Below are positions 1 through 9,840 of a stretch of 64,000 nt of DNA, piece by piece; the first letter of the stretch is position 1; each line of letters opens with the position of its first letter. Below the pieces are notes generated by a model. It was not told where the DNA came from. It was given only the letters and a program-made list of their open reading frames with translations, and made no database searches. A program made the position numbers and the translations under genes. Source of the stretch: an uncultured archaeon. Its GTDB lineage: Archaea > Asgardarchaeota > Lokiarchaeia > Sigyniarchaeales > SOKP01. The stretch is taken from assembly GCA_964486045.1 (NCBI GenBank), contig CAZALK010000017.1, positions 32,001 through 96,000 of the forward strand. Reading direction: 5' to 3'.

Positions 1-410
1 CTGGTTCAAGCGATCTTAAACAATATTACACAGATGCGAGTGGTTTGAACAAAACAACTGTATATAAGGATCCAAACGATAATGTCCTCTTGACACAATA
101 TTTGCATTTGACGTATAACGTTGTAAATTCAAGTGGAAGCACTGAACACGACACGGTTAGATATTATTTCTATGACGGAAGATATGAGGGTGACACCCTT
201 AATCAATATGGATCAAACATGATGATTTTTCACGAAGGATTCAAGTGGAATGTGAGTACGGGATTTAATTTCGATCCAACCGTTATAGTGCCATGTGCAT
301 TGTATAGCGGACTAGATAATATTCCCGGATACGATATATTCATCTTTATTGGAGTTATTGTAGGCTTTACGGGCATTATTTCGGTTTTAAAGAAGAAAAG
401 AATGAGATAA
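1..410 (+). CDS. C-terminal part of a surface protein with a Loki-CTERM/PGF-CTERM-like anchor (5' truncated by the window)
   Basis: Frame is open upstream of position 45 (GSSDLKQYYTDASG-LNK). Ends IPGYD + hydrophobic helix + KKKRMR. Confidence 0.75.
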   Translation, partial: GSSDLKQYYTDASGLNKTTVYKDPNDNVLLTQYLHLTYNVVNSSGSTEHDTVRYYFYDGRYEGDTLNQYGSNMMIFHEGFKWNVSTGFNFDPTVIVPCALYSGLDNIPGYDIFIFIGVIVGFTGIISVLKKKRMR

Positions 411-565
411 AAAGAAAATAAACATGAATATCAAATACCTTTTTTTTATTTATTTTTAGAAATCGAAATTAGCATATAAAAAAGTTTAAAGATATTTACG
501 ATACCATGTGTTTAGTTGACCTTTTTCTGAAAAATCCTGTATATTTTAACATCTAATAATAATCA

Positions 566-2014
566 CTAAAACTCCTCAATAATTTGAGGGCTAAAAAATG
601 AGATATGTTTAACTTTAATTCTCCTTATAAAAATTAAGGAAAATAAGTAGAAAAACCCTATAATACACCAAAGCAATATAAGAATAGTAGGATTTTCTTT
701 ATTTGCACCGGAGAGAATAACCCCAACTATTAATGAAGCTGAAGCTGGGCCCAATGATCTTATGAATGAAGAAAACCCGTAATACGCTCCAGATATTTTT
801 GATAAGGCAATATCTACATTTTCTTCTTCAGAATTCTCTGCTGCTTCATGTACTAAGGCTGCAGTAAGGGGAATTGAGAATAGTGGAAATGAATACATTG
901 ATCCCAAAACTGTACTCCATGTTATGATGTATAAAACTAATTGAATGTTAAAAGAGAGGATCCGGATAAAAAAGAACATCCCTAAAAATGAACCAGTCAT
1001 ACCTAATAGTATCGCAATAGAATATGATTTCAGAATATGATTCCTCTTTCGCAGTTTCATCCATAAAATATACCATCCAAACTTCCCAAAAATTGAAATT
1101 AAGACATATATGTAAAATTGGGTCGACGTAAACTCAAGTACGTAAGTTTGGAAAGGAAATACTAGAAGACCTAATAACTTACCTGCGATACCACTAAAGA
1201 ATGCTGCAATAACAATATTTCGATAATTATTATCTCTAGCGGGTAATGTCATTTGGCGAAATCTCCCTATCAATGAGACTTTTTCTCTTTTATAATCGGT
1301 ATTTATATTATGAAAGGTTTCATCAACCGAAAAAAAGATTAAAAGAACTGAAATTACCCCAAAAATTGCGAAACATATTCCAATGATCGGTATGTAAAAG
1401 AGAACAATTTGACCAGAGTCTGTCCACCATTTAGCATTTTTGGGATCTTCAAGAAGACTTTGAATTATCAGAGGTAACATCAAGGCCACCACAGAAGCAA
1501 TTATAGCAAACGCAGATCTTACGGAAGCTACAGCTTCTCTATTTTTAAGAGTTTGGGACTGTTCCGGCAACATAGAGATATATACATTAAAAAGTAGAGA
1601 TCTGGATATAGATCTGGCAAGAATAATAACCCAGAAATAGATTGCTGTAGGTAAATAGAATGAATTTGTTGCTGGAGCCCGAGGTGGAAACCATATCAAG
1701 ATGGTTGTTATGAACCAAATTGGTAATCCAATTAATAAAAACGGTCGGCGCTTTCCCAACTTTCCTGGTTTCTTATTATCAACGATTACCCCAAAGATTA
1801 CCGCAAAAATAGCTGAAACAATTAATTGAGTAGTCACACCAATGGAGACAAGTATAGAGTCCAGATTAATTGTATAAACATAATATTGAAAAATAAATAC
1901 TCCCGTAAAGATGTTGGGTAAAGACATCCCTAAATCCCCCATTGAATATCCAAATAGCCTTCTACCGTTTAGTTCTCGTGGTGGTAAGGGTAGCGATTCT
2001 TCCATAATCATCAA
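566..2014 (-). CDS. MFS transporter, glycoside-pentoside-hexuronide (MelB/MFS_2) family
   Basis: About 12 hydrophobic segments; GYSMGDLG, GVIVDN..KLGKRRPFLL motifs. Confidence 0.85.
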   Translation of the reverse strand: MMIMEESLPLPPRELNGRRLFGYSMGDLGMSLPNIFTGVFIFQYYVYTINLDSILVSIGVTTQLIVSAIFAVIFGVIVDNKKPGKLGKRRPFLLIGLPIWFITTILIWFPPRAPATNSFYLPTAIYFWVIILARSISRSLLFNVYISMLPEQSQTLKNREAVASVRSAFAIIASVVALMLPLIIQSLLEDPKNAKWWTDSGQIVLFYIPIIGICFAIFGVISVLLIFFSVDETFHNINTDYKREKVSLIGRFRQMTLPARDNNYRNIVIAAFFSGIAGKLLGLLVFPFQTYVLEFTSTQFYIYVLISIFGKFGWYILWMKLRKRNHILKSYSIAILLGMTGSFLGMFFFIRILSFNIQLVLYIITWSTVLGSMYSFPLFSIPLTAALVHEAAENSEEENVDIALSKISGAYYGFSSFIRSLGPASASLIVGVILSGANKENPTILILLWCIIGFFYLFSLIFIRRIKVKHISFFSPQIIEEF

Positions 2015-2185
2015 AAATAAATGTCTTAAGATTGAAAATACAAGAGAATTGAAATGTTTATTGCTTTTTTTGTACTAAAATGTATTTTAGTGACTTGTCA
2101 TATGAAGTAAAGAAAGAAGTGATAGGAATTTCTTCGATCCACTCATTACAATTGATTTAGGGTTAGTAAAATCGTGAATTCTTAG

Positions 2186-2217
2186 AAAAAACTTAAATAA
2201 GGGTTTTCACTTAAATA
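2186..2217 (+). promoter_or_regulatory. BRE/TATA-like promoter of the toxin-antitoxin operon with an ACTTAAATA direct repeat (possible antitoxin operator)
   Basis: GAAAAAA-CTTAAATA about 25 nt before ATG 2222; ACTTAAATA at 2191-2199 and 2209-2217. Confidence 0.35.
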
Positions 2218-2221
2218 CCTT

Positions 2222-2515
2222 ATGACAAATATTACTTTTAGTGTTGATGATGATCTTCACAAAAAAATGAAGGAACATCCTGAAATTAAATGGACTGAAA
2301 TTTTACGTCAGTCCATATCAACCTATCTTAAAAAAGTAGAAGAAATTGATGTTTTATCTATAAAAGATTTCAAAAAACGATTGGATCCAGAAACACAAAA
2401 GAAAATTGATAAATTAAATGCTCAAGATGAAATTACGTTTTATGAAAAAGCAGAAAAATTGGAAGAAGAGAGATTAAAACAATTACAAGAATTAGAAAGA
2501 AGTGTAAATAAGTAA
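2222..2515 (+). CDS. vapB: Ribbon-helix-helix antitoxin (VapB-like)
   Basis: MTNITFSVDDDLHKKMKEHPEIKWTEILRQSI is an archaeal RHH signature; stop overlaps the PIN gene start (TAATG). Confidence 0.8.
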   Translation: MTNITFSVDDDLHKKMKEHPEIKWTEILRQSISTYLKKVEEIDVLSIKDFKKRLDPETQKKIDKLNAQDEITFYEKAEKLEEERLKQLQELERSVNK

Positions 2516-2874
2516 TGTGGTTATTGGATACAGATATGCTAATAGAATGTAATAAATTAAAAACAAGACCATTTAAAGAAGGTTTTACATTTACGACGAT
2601 TTTATCGCTTATTGAATTTCCCCTCGCTTCAAAATATAATGAGATTTCGGTAATATACCCTTCATCAATACATTATGAGAAGAGTTTTAAAAATGCAGTA
2701 TTATTGAGAGAAAAAGGTACTCCTATACCCACGATTGATATTTTGGTTGGGACAATTACTGTAGAAAAAAATCTCATATTAGTCTCTAATGATATTCATT
2801 TTAAATCTCTTCAAAAAATAGAGCCCCGCTTAAAGATAATAAATTCAGAAACCTATATTAATAATATTCAATAA
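2515..2874 (+). CDS. vapC: PIN-domain toxin (VapC-like RNase)
   Basis: LLDTDMLI, IDILVG and LVSNDIHF acidic PIN motifs; 119 aa; coupled to the RHH gene. Confidence 0.85.
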   Translation: MWLLDTDMLIECNKLKTRPFKEGFTFTTILSLIEFPLASKYNEISVIYPSSIHYEKSFKNAVLLREKGTPIPTIDILVGTITVEKNLILVSNDIHFKSLQKIEPRLKIINSETYINNIQ

Positions 2875-3078
2875 TATGGTTAAATGTTTTTGCTGGACCA
2901 CTAATTTATTTCAACCTTTAACAGGACCAGCAGATTATACTCCTTTTATACCTGAACTAATAAACTGATTTAACTAAGTTAGGTTACTTTATCATATTCG
3001 GAATGGTCTAAAATAAATTAGCATAACTAAAATAAAAAGAAATGTGGAAATTTTTTCTTACTATATTAGGGAAATCGT

Positions 3079-3963
3079 TCATTTCTCCTTATTTTTCTTT
3101 TTCTTACGGTTTTTAACCTTTTTCTGTTGTTCTACAATCACATTACTTATGAATTGTGTAGTTGTATATGCGGATTCTGCTTCACCAAGGCTTAAACCCT
3201 CCAAGTCTTTTTCTATTTCTTCAGCTTCAGTATCAGAGAACGCCATTTCAGATTTCACGTAGTCTTGGGCACTCATTTTTTGCCTATCTGTTCTCAATTC
3301 TGCTCTCTGTAGATAATAGTGACTAGTCATATGTAAGACAGTTCCGCCATCACCAAAATCAAAAGTAATTACTATTGGAGCTTCCCCATATTTCTGTTCC
3401 ATTTCTTCACTGGTTACCAACACTTTAACTTTTTCTTTATCGAGAATTTCGATTGGGTACGAGGAAGATTCTAACCACCAAATTGGGTCTTCATCGGCTT
3501 TAAATAATCCTTCTAAAAACTTATTGGTTTTATCTACGACTTGAACGGCAACACAATCATCACCAGTTGGTCGTTGGTTATATTTTACATATTCAGGAAA
3601 AATTTTTTCCAGTACATTAAGAAGGCCCCAATCCGTTGTAAAAAGAAAACCTCCTTGCTTAACAAAAGTTTGGACTTTATTTAAGCCCTCTTCATAAATG
3701 TTTCCTGGACAATTAATTATTAAGATTTGGTCTGGTTTTAGTTCGATTTGCCCGACCTCATCAGGTTGAATTAAAACAAAAGGAACTTTTATTAGGTCTA
3801 ACACTAATTCAATTTTATCATAGGATCCAGCGACGATTATAATTGAAGAATCACTTACTTCTTTCAATATCTCCAAATCCAATGGACGTTCTTTACCCAT
3901 TCGCTTCTCTAGAATTTTCGAAGATGCTTTGTACGCTTGTTCCATCTTCTTAAAATCACCCAT
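3079..3963 (-). CDS. Conserved hypothetical protein, possible class I glutamine amidotransferase-like fold
   Basis: GSYDKIELVL, INCPG, FVKQGGFLFTTDW; SD-like GAGGTG upstream. Confidence 0.5.
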   Translation of the reverse strand: MGDFKKMEQAYKASSKILEKRMGKERPLDLEILKEVSDSSIIIVAGSYDKIELVLDLIKVPFVLIQPDEVGQIELKPDQILIINCPGNIYEEGLNKVQTFVKQGGFLFTTDWGLLNVLEKIFPEYVKYNQRPTGDDCVAVQVVDKTNKFLEGLFKADEDPIWWLESSSYPIEILDKEKVKVLVTSEEMEQKYGEAPIVITFDFGDGGTVLHMTSHYYLQRAELRTDRQKMSAQDYVKSEMAFSDTEAEEIEKDLEGLSLGEAESAYTTTQFISNVIVEQQKKVKNRKKKKNKEK

Positions 3964-4122
3964 AAATTACACCTCTAGTTTTTAAATATAAACTCATTTT
4001 GTTTTTAAAAAAATATGGAAATTGAGATTAATAATCTTTTCTCTATTTTCTTAATATAAAAAAATAAAAAGTTAATAAATCAAAAGACCTAATTATTTAA
4101 CAATCAGCTAATCTTCAGATAA

Positions 4123-5823
4123 TTGACAGAAATGAATAAACTTGAGATCACCAGAAAAAAAATCATGTCAATTGCCTTGTTTCTAACAATTTTCATAACA
4201 GGGACAGTTTTAATATTAATTGTTCCTATCGGTGTAAAAAGCACATACGGAAAAACTGTACAAACTGATGATGGTGTTACAATTTCATTTAATGTTTTTG
4301 AGCCAAAAAGATCGGGATTAAATAAAAAAGCTGTGATCCTAGGTCATGGTGTAATGTCAAATAAGGAAATGTTGAAGGGCTATGCTATCGAACTTGCTGC
4401 TGCTGGCTTCGTTGCTGTTCCTTTCGACTTTAGGGGGCACGGACAAAGTACAGGAACCCTTGATCGAGGGTCCTTGACAAGTGACATTGATGCGATAATT
4501 ACTTACCTAAATTCAAGGTCTGATATTGATACAAATTCCCTTGGATATTTTGGCTTTTCTATGGGTAGTTTTCCTGGAATACAAGTTGTTAACTCATCCA
4601 CGGATTTCAAATGCTTTATTGGTGCAGCAACATGGTTACCAGGAGAAGTACGGAAAGGCACCGCGATCGATCCTCTTAATATACTCATGATCCTTGGTCG
4701 GTACGATGAATTAATCACGCCAGGAAACCTCAAAATTGGATTGTCGAGCTACACAGGTATACCCATCCTTGATTTAGATGTGAATAAGCTTTATGGTAGT
4801 TTTCAAGAGGGCAATGCTTCAATGATTTATCTTGATGATAATTCTAACCATGTATTAGCCGATTGGGATACTGATGCCATACGAGAAACTAGGAATTTTG
4901 TAATGAATACGTTTCCTGATGTGAAACCTATTGATGAGAACTTTTATGCAAATATTAGACTTCTTATATTATTTATACAGCTTCTTGGTGGGTTTGGATT
5001 CTTCCTTTTGATGGTGGATCCACTCTCAAAGTTACTGGTAAAACCAAAAGAAAATGAGGTCTTTAAAATACAATTAGAAGGAGATTCAATAAGAAGTCTA
5101 TCAACAAAAACACTGGTATATTCTCTGTTGCTAGGGTTACCTGGGATTCTTATTTTTGTCCCTATTATACTCCTATTATACGTACCTATTGCTGGATTTG
5201 TATCAGCCCTTCTCTTTGGGCAGGCTTTCGGATTTCTAATCCTACTATGGAGACTAGGAAAGAAAATTGAGATGCCATTAGTTTCTATATTGAAAAAACC
5301 CTTTCAAGGATCTGGGAATAATATAATTCGACAGTTTCTACTTGGGATAATTTTAGCTATTATCAACATCATTATCATCTATCTTTCAGGTGGGTTAAAT
5401 TACATGGGAATTATTCCTTCACTTGTGAAAATACCTTGGTTATTTGTAGTTTTTCCAATTATTTTCATTATTTTCATGGTTTTTAGCCTTCTGGTACAGG
5501 GAATTCTACAAAACAAATTCGATCGAGGGATTAAAGATCTTGTGAAAGTCTCGTTATTACAATTTGGAATTCTCTTTTTGTATTGGTTTACTTATCTATT
5601 TATTATTTCTCTTGTTATGAATAGCTTTTTCTACTTTGGTTCCTTCCTACCTTTAGCGATTCCAATGTTTCTACTGATCTCTGCTTTCTCTACAATCATT
5701 TATCAGAAGAGCGGAAATATAATAGCCGGTGCTATTGTTATTGCACTTTTTTTCACGTTGCTAATCTGTACAATGTCTTCTTATCAAAGCGGGCTTAGCT
5801 TTATTATGGGATTTCTTCATTAA
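4123..5823 (+). CDS. Membrane-anchored alpha/beta hydrolase with a C-terminal multi-TM domain
   Basis: N-terminal TM, GHG, DFRGHGQS, GFSMG nucleophile elbow, about 8 C-terminal TM helices. Confidence 0.8.
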   Translation: MTEMNKLEITRKKIMSIALFLTIFITGTVLILIVPIGVKSTYGKTVQTDDGVTISFNVFEPKRSGLNKKAVILGHGVMSNKEMLKGYAIELAAAGFVAVPFDFRGHGQSTGTLDRGSLTSDIDAIITYLNSRSDIDTNSLGYFGFSMGSFPGIQVVNSSTDFKCFIGAATWLPGEVRKGTAIDPLNILMILGRYDELITPGNLKIGLSSYTGIPILDLDVNKLYGSFQEGNASMIYLDDNSNHVLADWDTDAIRETRNFVMNTFPDVKPIDENFYANIRLLILFIQLLGGFGFFLLMVDPLSKLLVKPKENEVFKIQLEGDSIRSLSTKTLVYSLLLGLPGILIFVPIILLLYVPIAGFVSALLFGQAFGFLILLWRLGKKIEMPLVSILKKPFQGSGNNIIRQFLLGIILAIINIIIIYLSGGLNYMGIIPSLVKIPWLFVVFPIIFIIFMVFSLLVQGILQNKFDRGIKDLVKVSLLQFGILFLYWFTYLFIISLVMNSFFYFGSFLPLAIPMFLLISAFSTIIYQKSGNIIAGAIVIALFFTLLICTMSSYQSGLSFIMGFLH

Positions 5824-5983
5824 CCAATTATCTTATAATTTTTTTTTATCAAATTTTTTAATATTCGCATCCTAAGACTACTCAATTCAAAATATAAATA
5901 TAAATTTTAAATTAGAAGGAAGCTTATTTTTTCAATGAAAAGTTCAGTTATTATTCATAATATTGTAGAATGAAGAAAGAAAA

Positions 5984-7021
5984 ATGTCTCAAGACCAAAT
6001 CCTTTGCGTATCTTATTTTGACCAAGTGATCGGACCCTCTAAATTGTATTGTAACGAACCTTTAACAGACATAGTAGGTGCGCCCGATTTAGATAGAATT
6101 CTTGAATTTAATGAGGAAGAAGGTACATTTATCTTTGCTTACAGAAAATATCAGACTGTGAATCATCTTTTCTATATAGATTCAAATTTCGCGCGAGGTG
6201 GGAAAGATTTGTTAATGATCACCTTTATGATAAAAACTGCCATTTTTAAGGACGAAATAGTTGATGTATTTAAGTACTTAGACTCTAAAACGCCAATTCT
6301 AGAAGATTTCGCAGAGGATATAAAAAACTTAAATGAAATCACCTCCTTATTACACGTGAAAAAGAATGGACTCTCCGAAGAGAACGTTATAAATTTTGCT
6401 GATGAAGAACTTAAAATATCTTTTCTGGAGGTCTACAATCAATATTTTCAAAAATTAACCCCAGAATATCGATTAGAAACTCCTATTAAAAGTAAAAAAC
6501 AGATTAAAAAGATATTCATTGTTGGAGCGACAAAAACAGGAAAAAAAACCTTACTAAAAAATATTGAGTTAATACAATTTATAAATATAAAAAATAATGA
6601 CATACCTACAAGAATTTATGAGATTATAATTGAAAATCTTGAGATTTTATATTTTGACCAAGTTAAATGTGAGTTTGGGTGTAAAGCTTTTGATTCCTAT
6701 GAAGACTGCTTAAAACACGCACAAGGTTTGATTTTGGTTCTTAAAATTTCCGATAAGAATTCAATTCTGGAAACTAAAAATATGTTTCAAATTATCGAGG
6801 ATAAATCTGTTGAAATTAATACAGATTCAATCCCTATTTTAATAATTGGCAACAAATTTAGACATGATCATGACGACAAAACAGAATTTATTCATAAAAC
6901 TTTTGAAATAGAAAGATTAAAAGAAAATGGAAGAAGGATCAAGTATTTTCCTATCAAAATTTTAGAAGAAGATCAGAAAGTTATGAAAGCCCTTCGATGG
7001 ATGATTAAGAACATTTTGTAA
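5984..7021 (+). CDS. Longin/uDENN-like domain fused to a degenerate small GTPase domain
   Basis: N-terminal LCVSYFDQVIGP; C-terminal KIFIVGATKTGKKTLL (altered G1), no DxxG, ILIIGNKF (partial G4). Confidence 0.65.
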   Translation: MSQDQILCVSYFDQVIGPSKLYCNEPLTDIVGAPDLDRILEFNEEEGTFIFAYRKYQTVNHLFYIDSNFARGGKDLLMITFMIKTAIFKDEIVDVFKYLDSKTPILEDFAEDIKNLNEITSLLHVKKNGLSEENVINFADEELKISFLEVYNQYFQKLTPEYRLETPIKSKKQIKKIFIVGATKTGKKTLLKNIELIQFINIKNNDIPTRIYEIIIENLEILYFDQVKCEFGCKAFDSYEDCLKHAQGLILVLKISDKNSILETKNMFQIIEDKSVEINTDSIPILIIGNKFRHDHDDKTEFIHKTFEIERLKENGRRIKYFPIKILEEDQKVMKALRWMIKNIL

Positions 7022-7095
7022 TATTATAACTAGACTCAATTTTATTTAATGTTCGCTTAACAAATCTTTTAAATTATATTAAATTTCCTTAATAG

Positions 7096-7455
7096 ATGAC
7101 ATCTCGTTCCTTAAAAGGTGTGCTCTGGGGGCTTTTATTTTTTCTCACAACAATCATTTATGGTTCAATTCCTACCTACTTAATCATTCAGTTTTGGATA
7201 TGGCTTAATAGTTTTCCGGTATACACATTATCGCTGTTCATGTTGTTTTTGTGGATAGTAGCATTAATTGTCACACTAATATATTTTGTTGCGATGATAA
7301 GAGCTTTCATCCAAAGGAAAAATGAAGAGGGTTTAGGCATACCAAAAGGTATAAAAGGATTTGGATTAGTATCAACAATAATTACGGTTGCTTTTATGAT
7401 AACGTGGTATTTAATATTTAACCAAATAGCCTTTTTCTCAATGATACCTCCTTAA
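7096..7455 (+). CDS. Small membrane protein (3 TM)
   Basis: Three hydrophobic helices, 119 aa. Confidence 0.65.
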   Translation: MTSRSLKGVLWGLLFFLTTIIYGSIPTYLIIQFWIWLNSFPVYTLSLFMLFLWIVALIVTLIYFVAMIRAFIQRKNEEGLGIPKGIKGFGLVSTIITVAFMITWYLIFNQIAFFSMIPP

Positions 7456-7532
7456 TCTTTAGGAAAAATAGGAAAGAAAAAATAACAAAATAAAGATTAT
7501 ATCTTGGTTTTTAATGTAGTCTAAGTGGATTA

Positions 7533-8408
7533 CTATTTATTTTCATCGTAAAGTGGTGATCCAGCTTTCATGAAGCGATTTAAATGACGTATTGAGGTAA
7601 CTAGTTTTCCACTTTCTTTTTCTTTGAGAAAAGAATCATGCCAGAAGTATTCTGTTCTCTTACTTATACCAACACAAATTACCTTTCCAGTAGCTATATA
7701 CGGAACACCTACTAATGCTGGACCGTTAATATTACGAATCTCTGTAGCACCATAGAAGGGTACTGCTTTAACCCGTTCGGCATCTAAACTGTAAGAACCT
7801 AGAGCCATGACAGTATATAAAGCGGTTGGAGAGAGAATTGAATTTCCCCATGGTGACTTTCCCTTGTAATAATCGAGATGATCAGTTATTGAGGGTAATC
7901 CCTTAGTGGCAGCTTCTTGAGTTAATAAAATATCCCTTGATCGGAGCTCGTCTCCAACTTTGAAATTTGCTAAAATGCGTAAATCCTCAGAATTGCTGTT
8001 TTTAAGATCTAAAGCCTGAATGTAAGATTTTTCTTCAGGTTCACCTACGGCTACTGTCCCTGTTGCAACTACTTGCCCACTTGGCATTTCAACTCGAGCT
8101 TCCACTTGAACATCTTTAGAGTCATCAGGTGGCAATTTGACTACTGCTCTTACTTCTTCTAGATGAGTTGTTGCATATGTATAATATACACTCAAAGATC
8201 CCTTTTCAAACCATCTTTGCCCAAACATTTCTAACATTAAAGGGGCGAATAAACTAAGATGGATCGTTCCGGGAATCGTTCCTCCACGCATTCCAACACT
8301 TTTTGCAACAGAATCATCATGAATTGACGTTTTCATACCTGTCCAGAGGTTTTTTGGTGCTCGCCACCCGCCATACATAAAACCATCCTTAATTGAAATT
8401 TCACTCAA
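7533..8408 (-). CDS. Double hot-dog fold (MaoC-like) protein
   Basis: SIHDDSVAKSVGMRGGTIPG resembles the MaoC hydratase motif; two similar halves; TTG start with GGTG SD. Confidence 0.55.
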   Translation of the reverse strand: MSEISIKDGFMYGGWRAPKNLWTGMKTSIHDDSVAKSVGMRGGTIPGTIHLSLFAPLMLEMFGQRWFEKGSLSVYYTYATTHLEEVRAVVKLPPDDSKDVQVEARVEMPSGQVVATGTVAVGEPEEKSYIQALDLKNSNSEDLRILANFKVGDELRSRDILLTQEAATKGLPSITDHLDYYKGKSPWGNSILSPTALYTVMALGSYSLDAERVKAVPFYGATEIRNINGPALVGVPYIATGKVICVGISKRTEYFWHDSFLKEKESGKLVTSIRHLNRFMKAGSPLYDENK

Positions 8409-8757
8409 TCAATACACCTAAATTAATTTAGTTGTTTAAAAGAAATCATACCAATGCTATTAAATTTTATGATAATCCAATTCTTCTTATTTCGAAATAA
8501 ATTCAATAAGCATAGGATATAACGGAATAATCATAATCCCTAAAATAATTCTTTTAACTGCATTAGAATTGTTAAATCATCCTGAATTAACGAAAAAATA
8601 GCTAGTAAAGAATTTCAAGGTTGTTTAAGTAGAAAACCTATATGTTTCTCTTCTCTGAAGGACAACTACTACCATTTACATTCGGATCAATTCTATAAAA
8701 TACTTAACCTACGTTCCTTTTTTTATATTAAGGTTTATCAAATTAGGATACATAATA

Positions 8758-9591
8758 ATGAAGAACATTGAAGGGGAATCTGAAGTCGTCAAAAAATCCA
8801 ATAAACCAAACACAATTGATACTTTAAAACGTGATTTTAAAGCTCTTGGAATAAAACCAGGAGCTGTTATAATTATGCACAGCTCTCTAAGTAAGTTAGG
8901 TTGGACGGTTGGTGGCCCAGTTTCTGTAATTCGCGCTATAATGGAGGTTTTAACAAAGAAAGGAACTTTAATTATGCCTGCGTTTACTTCGGGAAACAGT
9001 GAACCATCAGCGTGGGAAAATCCTCCTGTACCCAAGGATTGGTGGCCAATAATCCGCGAAAATACGCCTGCTTTTAATCCAATTATATCTCCTACGAGAA
9101 AGATGGGTATAATTGTAGAGACTTTTCGTACCTTTCCAAAAATTTATCGTAGTAACCATCCTTTATCTTCATTTGCAGCATGGGGGAAAGAAGCTAAAAA
9201 TATAACAAAAAATCATACACTTGAGTCAGATTTAGGTGAAAGTTCTCCCCTCGCAAGAATCTATGACTTAGATGGTCAAATCTTATTACTAGGTGTTATT
9301 CACTCAAATAATTCTTCACTACACCTCGCAGAATACCGAAGTAATTACTACGGTAAAAAATACCAACCTACAGGCTCAGCAATAATGAAAAATGGGAAGA
9401 GAAAATGGGTAGTATGGAAGGAATTAGATCTTAATCCTGATGATTTTGAAGAAATTGGTCAGGATTTCGAGACATTAAATCAATACAAACCTAAGAAAGT
9501 AGGATTAGCTGATGCACGTTTATTATCCCAACGAGAATTGATTGACTTTGCTATAAATTGGATTAAGAAAAATAGAGTTGAAGAAAAATGA
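8758..9591 (+). CDS. Aminoglycoside N(3)-acetyltransferase family (YokD-like) protein
   Basis: HSSLSKLGW.VGG, MGIIVETFR, RSNHPLSSFAAWG, NSSLHLAEYR. Confidence 0.9.
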   Translation: MKNIEGESEVVKKSNKPNTIDTLKRDFKALGIKPGAVIIMHSSLSKLGWTVGGPVSVIRAIMEVLTKKGTLIMPAFTSGNSEPSAWENPPVPKDWWPIIRENTPAFNPIISPTRKMGIIVETFRTFPKIYRSNHPLSSFAAWGKEAKNITKNHTLESDLGESSPLARIYDLDGQILLLGVIHSNNSSLHLAEYRSNYYGKKYQPTGSAIMKNGKRKWVVWKELDLNPDDFEEIGQDFETLNQYKPKKVGLADARLLSQRELIDFAINWIKKNRVEEK

Positions 9592-9718
9592 AATAAAGTA
9601 TAGGAGTTTCCGAATAGATACTTTACTCTATGATTGAGCCTAGCAAATCCTTTACCTTTGAAAGAATTAAGAAAAAGTAAGAAAACTAGAATAAGATATA
9701 AATAAGAATATTCTTTTG

Positions 9719-9727
9719 TTTTTATAA
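9719..9727 (+). promoter_or_regulatory. Putative TATA box of the trp leader/operon
   Basis: TTTTTATAA centred about 26 nt upstream of ATG 9750. An alternative TATAAATA lies at 9698-9705. Confidence 0.5.
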
Positions 9728-9749
9728 CTAAAAATATATGATTTTAAAT

Positions 9750-9800
9750 ATGGCAACTGTAAAATCTTCTGCTTGGCGTTGGCAGTGGCCTTGGCGTTAG
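9750..9800 (+). CDS. Putative trp operon leader peptide MATVKSSAWRWQWPWR (alternative in-frame start 9738 adds MILN)
   Basis: ATG GCA ACT GTA AAA TCT TCT GCT TGG CGT TGG CAG TGG CCT TGG CGT TAG: four TGG codons, about 160 nt upstream of trpD, same strand. Confidence 0.85.
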   Translation: MATVKSSAWRWQWPWR

Positions 9801-9840
9801 ATAACGTCCTTTCATTGGTTTAGATCATATCGATATCTCT

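Noticed and set aside
2074-2091. Palindrome ACTAAAAT-GT-ATTTTAGT upstream of the MFS gene
   Set aside because: AT-rich, single copy, no adjacent regulator; may be chance.
2875-3078. Imperfect inverted repeat TGCTGGACC...GGACCAGCA after vapC, possible MITE or ncRNA
   Set aside because: Short, no target-site duplication and no second copy in the window.
8409-8757. Long spacer that might hold a gene relic
   Set aside because: Manual translations gave no recognisable motif.
8758-9591. Possible antibiotic resistance gene
   Set aside because: YokD-like AAC(3) homologs are widespread and there is no mobile context; substrate unknown.
9774-9797. WRWQWPWR resembles Trp/Arg-rich antimicrobial peptides (indolicidin, lactoferricin core)
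   Set aside because: No signal peptide or export/processing genes; position directly before trpD is better explained by a regulatory leader.
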